Assembly (NCBI GenBank): GCA_003693705.1
Contig: RBZT01000817.1
Span: 1-46,221 of the forward strand
Reading direction: 5' to 3'
Source: Polymyxa betae A26-41
Lineage: Eukaryota; Protista; Endomyxa: Phytomyxea
DNA length: 46,221 nt
The notes under the pieces were generated by a model. The model worked only from the letters and a program-made list of their open reading frames with translations. It had not been told where the DNA came from and did no database searches. The position numbers were made by a program, and so were the translations under genes. Position 1 is the stretch's first letter, and each line of letters opens with the position of its first letter. Positions 37,261-46,221 of the stretch are shown in pieces.

Positions 37261-37335
37261 CGAATGACACAACATCGACAAAAATCCACAAGATATCTAG
37301 CTAGAGAAGTTTGATCTTACACAAAATTCGGACCA

Positions 37336-37527
37336 TCAAATAAAATCGCGATCTCCGAAACCTTCATCAGCATAAGGACGGACTGTGCGGCACTGATTAT
37401 CAAGAAGGTTGAAATTTATCAGTCCCTCAATAGACAGCAGCTCACGAACGGCGGCGACCTTGCAGGCCCTTACGGCATGGTGCAGAATTCGGCCTTGGAT
37501 CTGTAATAGAGGCGGCATCGTGAACAT
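37336..37527 (-). pseudogene. Ankyrin-repeat fragment
   Basis: QGRILHHAVRACKVAAVRELLSIEGLINFNLLDNQCRT is one degenerate ankyrin repeat. Confidence 0.6.
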
Positions 37528-38050
37528 ATTCTATGTAAATGTATTTGCTGTTATGATCGGCCGTAATTCTATCATCAATAATTGATTGTGAAATGAGTTA
37601 TTCGCTGTCAATTTTGGATTGGTCAGATAACGGATCGAAATAGAATTCGCCGATATTTTCCCAATCAGTAAGATAGATCAATGACGGATTCAGAGATACG
37701 ATTTGATATTCAGAATGATTTCCAGATAGACGAGCACGAAACAGCGCCGCCTCAGACTCCAATATTAATTATGGAAAATTCGTTGAGCCTCGAATCCAAA
37801 TAAGAATGTGTCAACGAGTAGCGACATCACAGCGAGAAAGGCCTCTACTTCGTTGTCAATGGAATCACTTGATCATCTGACAGTTTTTTTGGAGGAATCA
37901 ACAATAAATGCAGCAAGATGTAAAAAAGTTTATCTAAATCTCAAATGGGAGACAGAAAACCATAATTCATTTTTGAATCTGATTTTAATGAAACTGTCAC
38001 AAAACCAAAGATGAACGATTTATTGGAACCAATCTTGAAACATTTCCGGT

Positions 38051-39620
38051 TTAATGTGAAACTGGTTGAACTGGCTCTTTTTTGGCAGAGCATAAAATAT
38101 CATAGATGAACCCGCAACGAATACTGGAATATTGAATGAGTTCAGATCGAACATCTTCTGGGATCTTCCAATAGAGAGGATGTTGAATCAGAGCACGGAT
38201 AAGTTTCACAGCTCGATCATCGATAAGAAATTTCAGCGATGCTGTCAGTTCAGGGATATTTGACATCATCGTTTTGATGAATTCCGGGCACATTAGGAAG
38301 TCGATCGCCGCTTGTTGAGAACTGCTTATTGTATATCGAAGAATGATGCCATAGAAGACGGGCCCCAAAAACCTTCACGAACAGAGACGCATTCGGAATT
38401 CGCAACAAAATCTGCGCGATCTCGTACTGGTCATGGAGCACGGCTTCCCTCAGCAGCACATTGACGATCTCGGGCATGAACGGAAGTTGGGCCAGACCCC
38501 GGACAAACTCCGTGTTATTCGATTTCAACATGTCCCAGGCGTCACCGATGAACGATTCGGGCTTGGAGAGGATTTGTCGCTGAATAAACGGAATCCGCTG
38601 CCATTGCAAAAGCCTGGTCCGGGCCAGTACGTCCCTCATGGGTCTGTTAATAGACATCGGTACATCTGGCCATAACCAGCTTCAGTAATAAACTGCAGAA
38701 CGCCCGGAAAAGTTGGGAGATGTAGGAGAGGGACGATATCCGGAATGGATTCGGGCGGAATCTGGACATACTGAAAATAGGTATCGAGAGTGAGCACGAT
38801 CCCGAGCTGGCGCAGAGCCAGTAGGTTCTGCCACTCAGCAAGAGGATGAGATTGTTTGGGAAACGATTTCAGAATATGGACGGAGATACCATATCCAGGT
38901 CCGAACTCAGAACTAACCGGATAAAATGGGCGAAGTTGGTTTTGGAGATAATGGGCGTCAGGGTTTCTGACAAGACTGGGCCTCCCTGCTTGCAATTGTA
39001 TGAGGACATCATCCAGGCGCCCTCGTTCATGACAAGGAAAGCTTTCGTCGACCTTCTGCTGGATCACACGTAGCAGCGGTTCCGGAAGATTCTGTGGCGG
39101 AACGGATATGCCGAGGACAGGAAGTCCGGGTAAGGGACGACCATTCCGGATACGAATCAGAAACTCGTTCACATCATTGACCACAGTCAGGCCCAGATCT
39201 ATGATCATACAGCGCAGTAGTTGGGCCTTCTCCTCATCGCTCAATATCTCATTCCACATTGCGGCCTGGTCGTACAGGCCCTGTTCGAATCGCCCAGTAC
39301 ACGGACCCACGAGATCTCCCAGCTGGTCCGTATTCTTGCCGTCCGCGTCCGGTACGACCCCGAGACGCTCGATCATGTCCAGAAAGTCCGTCCGCAGCTG
39401 GTCATGGGCGTGTGGAGCAGGCGGCGGCAAGTCAGACTGAGACGTCCCAAGTCCGTGACAGAGCACTGCTCCACGATCTGCTCCAAGATATCATCCAGCA
39501 ACCGAAACAGACCCGATTCCTGAACCGGGAGATGAACGAGATCAGGTTCTGGTCGGTCGAGGGGGTCGCGGCCCCCAGGACCAGTACGACCGCGGCCATC
39601 AAGACGACCTGAACGTGCAT
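38051..39620 (-). pseudogene. Signal peptide + F-box + C-terminal ankyrin-like helical protein, four frameshifts
   Basis: MHVQVVLMAAVVLVLGAA / LFRLLDDILEQIVEQCSVTDLGRLSLTCRRL / ORF 38636-~39410 / LLREAVLHDQYEIAQILLRIP / ...PVSH*. Confidence 0.65.
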
Positions 39621-40639
39621 GGTGCGATGGGAATCAGAACGAGCCAGTCATAAACGCCGAGCAGCGGGCTGCGCCATGTAGGGCTCACGCAGTTTCGTCG
39701 GGACTTGGAAATTTTTGGAAGTCAGGAATTCAATCCACTGAATAAAACCACCAGCATGAATCTCAAACTCGGAACTTAACAAACGCCAACACGATTGTCG
39801 CTGATTTGAGTTTTTCTCTGTAGGTGGCATACATTCTGAAAGCCCAAAAAAAGCCCCAAAAAAGCACATCAAAAAAGCCCCTAAGAAAATACCAGCCGCT
39901 CAGACAGGCAAACCCTATAGGTGCAGCCTCCTTGGGCGCAGCCTCGTGCGTCTGAAAAAAAACTGCGCAGACATTCGCAAACAACTGGATTTATGAGGGA
40001 AGAGTGACCCCTTTGCCAAAAGGGCGATTAAAGTCTCTTATGATCAGAATGTTAAGCCAGTTTCGCTCTGGTTTCGCTCGATATTTCCGCTCTTACTTCG
40101 AGGAACCATCTCGGGAAGTAAAAACAATCTCGACTCCCTCGTCCGAGACAATATGTTTGCTGGCATCTAACGGACGTTTTCCGCCCTTCAGTGATCAATC
40201 GCGAAGACGCCTTTCGACGGGCGCTGAGAACATTTTTCTATCGGCCAGTGGATTGGATTGGATTCGACTAGCTGGCGGACTTATGGTCAACAGGCGGCTC
40301 TCTTTCCAAAACGCTGGAAAATTTTAGCAAACTACCGATTTCGTTGCGTTGCAGTAATTCACCCGTTTTAATAATTGTTGATCGTAAACTATCAGCACGA
40401 CCTAAGAACGCCTCGATTATGTAAGGTAGGACACCCGCCCGATCCAACATGGACTCGAACCCATGTACCCTATCCATATCTAATACTCTCCTACTGGTTT
40501 CCCAGCTTTCACCATGCGTTGCTAAATGTAACAGCCGATAGAATATGCTTTTGCTAGAATTTTTGACATGAGTTTGGCGTGTGTATACAGTGCGTCGTTG
40601 AAATCTGTAATGTTACTTTCTTTGTATTTCTTTCGATAT

Positions 40640-41790
40640 TTTTTCAGTTGATTTTTATATATTTTTTTTCATTTCAGGAGTTGATGTTCTATAGTCTCAC
40701 TCTTTTTATTGCAGTGTCGACATACATCGCTTGGCTCTATATTTAGATTTTGTAAATGTGATCGAGCTGGAGTGTGTCTTGTTCTAACTCTGTTTAATAG
40801 AGGGCTATCAAGGTAGATCAGGTGGTCTGTATTACCATTTCTACTCTGTGTTCGAGAATAACCGTCTAATAGAGGAGTTCGTTTCGGGTTTGCAAATCCG
40901 CTTGGTTTTACCTTTTTCAATAAATATTTATGTGGTTTTGTCTTTCTAACTGCCTATACATTAATTTATATGAAGAAACTAATGGGTCGTGTTCAATCAG
41001 TTCTCCATCTATTGCAGCCTGCTTGTCGAGTTCGTCTATCGCATCGCTTTCTGCAATCTGCTGTGTGTGACTTGGAATTAATTGAAGTTCGACTTCGTTT
41101 TCTTCGATAAGTTCAGCTAGCTTTTCGGCCACATCTTTCACGACAGCGTTGACGAATTTATATTTGTATGGAAGGCATGGCAGCTGTTGCAAACATGATA
41201 ATGAATCCGTAAATATATGAATGTGTCTATTTCTGGATACAGTTCCAGTAGTGAGCTGATACCAGATTGTAATGCGATGATTTCTGCTTCATAGCTTGAC
41301 GTCACATGTTCTATCTGTATTGAGGTGTGGATCTCAAGTTCAAATATTGTACTGTGTGGATCTGGGTTCGAGATGTGCAGTATTGAAGCAGCTCAACCTG
41401 TTATGTACTCCGAATTTAAACTGTCTCTGTTGAAACTTCCGTCTGTCCAAAGTGAAATATCGGGATTTGTGGGAATCAATTCGGCGTTCTCGTGTTTTTC
41501 TAACGCTTCTGCACTGGAACTCATGTGAAATTACATTTTGCAAGTTGTTCTAGTATATAAAATTTCACTATTATTTGTGAGTGGATATGATCATTATATC
41601 TCTTTGCTGTAACTTCTACAGCTCTTCTGACAAGTCCAAAAGGGGTCCATCCATCTGCTGCACATCCTTGTTCGTCCCATTTTCTATAGTCGTCTCCTAA
41701 TGAATTGCCCTGAGCATCTGCCTTTAGGACTGTTAGTGCCGAATCTGTAATGATTTTAGCTTTCAGTGAAGGTAAGCAAACAAACACTGA
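40640..41790 (-). mobile_element. 3' fragment of an RNase H-containing LINE (I/Ingi-like group), degenerate
   Basis: RNase H motifs LWTDGS, SSYEAEIIAL, IFTDSLSCL, LIPSH..IAESDAIDEL. C-terminal RVRTRH...CRHC...ETIEHQLL zinc knuckle. A-rich 3' end. Multiple frameshifts. Confidence 0.85.
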
Positions 41791-42796
41791 ATAACTTAAT
41801 ACAGGATGGATGAGGTTTTAAAAATTTATTAAGTTATCGATATTATTTACCATCTTTTTAATTATACTGAATGCAGGGATCAGGTATAGGCGTGGTGTGG
41901 TGGCAGTGAATACTGTATCAGCTTGGACATGGCTGTGCAACTTACACACATACGCCTACGGCTGTGACGTCTTTGAACAGGAAATCGTTGCGCTGCATCC
42001 GGGCCGTTGACAACTACACGATGGCAATCACAGGCGATCCATTAGATTCCGGGTTGTTTGGGACTGGCGCTCACCGAGTCGGCTCGCTGTAGCGACTCTG
42101 TGATGATACGACGGACTGATCCCAGCCTCCCATCGCAGCTGCTGCCATCACCCTCGGATGTGGCGATTACAGCGTGTCGTTGCAAACCTGGCGAGCTACT
42201 CGATCCGTTACGATTACTGGTTATGCATCCAGGCGAGTCTTGGCTCAAATATTGGTCGTCCTTACAACTGCACTCGTTAGGATCTGTACTTTGATAATAA
42301 CAAACTCTTTCGCTGATATTGGCTCGACTATTTTTAGACGCCGCCTTCGGATTGTGTCAACCGCTATTGGATGCATCGCCGACTGACTTTGGAGAAGCTG
42401 AAATTAGCAGTTTTTTGTATTTATGTGCGAAAAACCTATATTGTTGAGATTCTTGTCTTGGGACTGCTGTCTGTGCCGGCCAGCAGATATTCGACAGTTG
42501 GAGAGTTGATAAGCGCCCAGAGCGACGAGAATGGGGAGTAACAAAATCGTCACACATTTGACCATGATGAGAGTGTTAAGACACGCACTTTTGGCGCAGA
42601 TCTTGGGGTACCGGGCTGCGCTACCCAACATCCCGCCCATTGAGTGGGCATGGCGTGTGCCAGGCCAGTCTACAGTAGCGCGTGCCTGATGGCGATCTCG
42701 TGCTCTATCTTATCGAAATACGTTCATGATAAACTAAAATATTCATTCCCGAAATCAGTTGTCTGTCCGTACACTAGCGTCAAACTTCATCCAAGC

Positions 42797-43456
42797 TTAA
42801 CAGAGAGCGTGCCCATGCAAGCAGAGTAGAGCGATCGCGAAGCATGATCCAACATTCACTGCAATAGCTAAGGTCGTCGTCTGAGTGACGACGATGTACA
42901 CGGAAAGGATCAAGTTGATGGCAGAGATGAATATTGAGCCCAGCGACACTAATTGAATACCGGTGACATTTGATGATGAATCCATGGAAAGTTGTGAGAT
43001 CTCCATTTTAATGAACACAAGGGCAGATAGTGCATATAAGAGGAAGAGCGAATTCCATCGATTCAAGACCGCCCAATTCGTGTTGTCGAAAGATTCATCT
43101 TGATCAATAGTTTCACGGTAAGGCCTTCGGAATATCCATTGTACGTACAGATAGGACAAGAGCAGCCAAGTCGGTTTCTCAAACCCAACCCACGGAACAC
43201 AGACACATAATGCGATTGTTGTGATAATAAAAGGTATCAAATGCAGATCATATCGACTTTGTACAAAAAACCGCATAGCAAAGAAGATTACATTGAGTTT
43301 CCCTAACGAAAACGCGGCAAGTTCGAAAACCGACGTTTGTCTGTGGATCTCAAACCTGACCAAGATATAAAGGACAATGACATGACAGATCAGGCCGATC
43401 AGATATTCAACGATAGCCAGTGATCGATCGGAATTCCAATCGACAGATCCGCACAT
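42797..43456 (-). CDS. Multi-pass membrane protein, unknown; likely part of a longer disrupted gene
   Basis: 219-aa ORF with about 6-7 hydrophobic segments. Further hydrophobic fragments downstream (42404-42640) lie in other frames. Confidence 0.45.
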   Translation of the reverse strand: MCGSVDWNSDRSLAIVEYLIGLICHVIVLYILVRFEIHRQTSVFELAAFSLGKLNVIFFAMRFFVQSRYDLHLIPFIITTIALCVCVPWVGFEKPTWLLLSYLYVQWIFRRPYRETIDQDESFDNTNWAVLNRWNSLFLLYALSALVFIKMEISQLSMDSSSNVTGIQLVSLGSIFISAINLILSVYIVVTQTTTLAIAVNVGSCFAIALLCLHGHALC

Positions 43457-44010
43457 CAGTCGATGTCGTAGGTGGGAGCAGGTCTTGCGGTTGCTGAACC
43501 AACGGGACGGGAAGATAAACGAGGGAGGGAGCGCAACGTAGAAAGCTGGGATGAGACAGGGTCAACATGAAGGAGTAGAACAGTGCGCTAACTGCCTAGA
43601 CGGAGTGGGGGGTTGCGCCAACTGGACACGCCATCGCGGGCAATGAAAAGCACGCCCGAAGGGCGGCAACCATGAGTGAAATGCAATCGTAGAAGTGGGT
43701 TGTGCGGTCGGTGGAGGAGCGGCTGGTTTCTGTGTCGGAGGAGCATGTCTGTGGACGATTTCCCTATCAATTAGGTATAAGCGAGAATTAATTTCCTATA
43801 TCATAAGATTAGTATAGAGAATTCAGGTTGTGAAGTTCAATTCGATCGTATTATTCACACGTTGTCTTGCTCCACACTAGAGGTCGCGTTCGCCGGACAT
43901 TCTACAGATCTCGCGTTGTTCCAGATGATCTTCCACTTCAGACTGAAAGATCAACAATTCGACAATTTTGTATTGAGAAAACAGAAACAGAGAAATGGAC
44001 GTTATCGATC

Positions 44011-44877
44011 TCAAAATCCATTTTGGTCAAGATTATGGAATCGTTCCGCAAATGCCCGATAGAGAAAGACTTGATCACTCTCAGGAGGTTCAAATATGAT
44101 CGTGCGGGCTGTGAGGCCTTTGAAAATGTTATTTAATACTGTTCGACTCCATCTCTTGCTAATGTTTTGAACAACGTCCTGGAAAAGCAGCACCATTTTG
44201 TGGTCTTTAACCCGTAATATTATACTAAAGCTATCATCTTTGGGAACGACACCTGCGGCAAAACACGAAGTGATCCAAACGGGCCAAATACCACAATCAG
44301 AAGACAACTTGACAATATGAGAGAATGTGTCCGGGTCCAGTTGATACAGCCGCGGATTACAGCGCAATATCGTGAGATTGTTTGCGATGGCTATTTTCAC
44401 AGCTTGAAATGTTTTTGGCAACTCATGATTCTGGCAGAATGAAGCTGTGCTGATCGCTTGATCGTTGGTGTATGAAAGAGTACTCAGCAAATCATCGCAT
44501 ATCGTCGTCATTTTCGGTGATATCATATATTCAGCGATCTGTGCCACGATGAATATCTGATCGAGACGTTCCTCGCTGAGTTTACAAAGACCATACGCGA
44601 CCTTCAGAAAATATTCGAAGCATTGAGAGATGCCTCGAGACTTTGATATTGGAAAATGTTCCAGCTCCTTAAGATCCGGGAGTTGAATGCGAACAACCGC
44701 AGCGGGTTCACGATCACCATCTTCTGGGAGAGGCCATTTGACAAAACTCTGCAGATAACCGCTGACCGGAATCAGGACGTCTCGGTGACCATAGAACGTC
44801 TGATCGTTGACGATCAGCGTCAGGTCGGAGCAGGCGGCCTTGTTGAACAGAGCCTGTACGACCTGGTTCAGTTCCAT
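44011..44877 (-). CDS. BTB/POZ (BTB-BACK-like) domain protein
   Basis: LFNKAACSDLTLIVNDQTFYGHRDVLIPVSGYL, FEYFLKVAYG, IAEYM...ICDDLL, IANNLTIL...LYQLDPDTFSHIV. Intronless 288-aa ORF. Confidence 0.85.
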   Translation of the reverse strand: MELNQVVQALFNKAACSDLTLIVNDQTFYGHRDVLIPVSGYLQSFVKWPLPEDGDREPAAVVRIQLPDLKELEHFPISKSRGISQCFEYFLKVAYGLCKLSEERLDQIFIVAQIAEYMISPKMTTICDDLLSTLSYTNDQAISTASFCQNHELPKTFQAVKIAIANNLTILRCNPRLYQLDPDTFSHIVKLSSDCGIWPVWITSCFAAGVVPKDDSFSIILRVKDHKMVLLFQDVVQNISKRWSRTVLNNIFKGLTARTIIFEPPESDQVFLYRAFAERFHNLDQNGF

Positions 44878-45718
44878 TTCCGTAACGACCCTGCTACTAT
44901 ATGGGCATCTACGGAGTTGCGCATTTCAGATCTGAAGGAGAAGAGAAAGCATCACGAGCAAATTGCGGGCCTGGACTGCGATCCCGAATGGCTAATGTTG
45001 GAACGGGTTGCCCCATTGTCCAGCGGATTCATCACGATCGGAGTTTCAGTACTCTTGATAGTTGATAGAATTTCATGATTGGAGTTTTGATGCTGTATAC
45101 CTAATCATGATTGAGGTGGAAGGCGTCCTGGCAGTAACTGTTTTCGAAAACTACAGAATGAAAAGCAGTTCGATTTCAGCGGTAGAAGATACTTTAGTTC
45201 AATTCAGCGTCAATTTGATCTTCTATCCGGACGTACGGTGCTTCGTCGCTCCGGAGCAATCGACAGACCTCCGCGGTCTTTGACAGCTCGGGCGGTGATG
45301 ATTATGAAAACATTATTGTATAGGCCAGACAGGAATAATGAGATAATTGAAGAGATGTTTGTCCCAGAACCTAACGGGAACTTCGTTTGTTTAGCTCGAT
45401 GAATCAAATCATACGTTTAGAGACGGATATGGTCTTGGCCATTAAATGGCGCGCTTCCTTATCAAAACCCTAAAACCCTTTCATGTTGGAACCGCGCTTT
45501 CCAAATTCCATGTCTGCAGGATTTCGAACGCAACGAGGCTGCATGGGTGTTGTGGAATGTTATCATGACATTCTGGCTGAATCAAACAATCCACGGACTT
45601 AGTGTCTGACTTGCATTCCGTGCATGAGAGGTCCGATTGATTTGAGCCGTCATTATACCCAATACGAATAAGACAATATAATAGATGGTCGAATTTCTCA
45701 GATGGAGGCACAGCTGAA

Positions 45719-45789
45719 GCGCCATTGGTTGAATGGTACAATAGCTCGTTGCCAACGAGTTGGCCCGGGTTCGATTCCCGGATGGCGCA
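45719..45789 (+). tRNA. tRNA-Gly (GCC)
   Basis: GCGCCAT-TGGTTGAATGGTACAATA-GCTCG-TT-GCC-AA-CGAGT-TGGC-CCGGG-TTCGATT-CCCGG-ATGGCGC-A, then an oligo-T terminator. Confidence 0.92.
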
Positions 45790-46221
45790 TTCCTTTTTTT
45801 TGCCTTATCGAGATACGTAATTATGTTGATAATCAGATCACAGGAGCAGTGTAACGAAATCATAGAAGCGGGAAACTATTTCTGTCTGTCTGTTGGCAAT
45901 GGCGGCGAATCATCTTGCTACCGGACACCGCACTAAGACCGTCATGGCCTGAGCGAAAGGCAGGCGCAAGAACTTATTCCAACAGATATACTGGAAATGC
46001 TATCGAAATCCTTCACAGTGAGAAATTCATATCTTTACAGACTTTCTATCATGTATACAGCAACTCAATATAACAAACTTAATAGTCCACGATACAGCCG
46101 AGAGACTTGCTAAATTCTGTTATGAATCTGCTGGGATACGCAGGCAGCTGAGGCAAACAAAGAGTGGGTCTGTATTGATCTAAAGCATCGCGGTACACAG
46201 AACACGACCGTACTTGATCTT

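Noticed and set aside
37681-38014. Chromodomain-like fragments
   Set aside because: Needs multiple stops and frameshifts. The resemblance is too weak to support.

Overview
Eukaryotic, intron-rich genomic DNA from a flagellated organism. A phytomyxid/plasmodiophorid-like parasite is plausible, but that is inference only. Four intact multi-exon housekeeping genes can be spliced by hand: a CDK9/12/13-type kinase, exportin-4, a stand-alone PPIE/Cyp33-type RRM protein and CEP131. There are two BTB/POZ genes, five tRNA genes (Gln-TTG, intron-containing Lys-CTT, Cys-GCA, Phe-GAA, Gly-GCC) and degenerate tRNA relics. Mobile DNA includes a TA-flanked pogo/Tc1-type MITE, a hAT MITE with an 8-bp TSD, a Mutator transposase relic, the 3' end of an RNase H-containing LINE, and a near full-length CRE-clade (RT plus restriction-like endonuclease) retrotransposon bounded on both sides by (GA)n tracts. 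The rest is mostly frameshifted, lineage-specific genes, several with signal peptides. One of these hides an F-box directly behind the signal peptide. The most notable items are the (GA)n-associated CRE element and the signal peptide + F-box + ankyrin-like candidate effector. All protein family calls come from motif recognition, not database searches.
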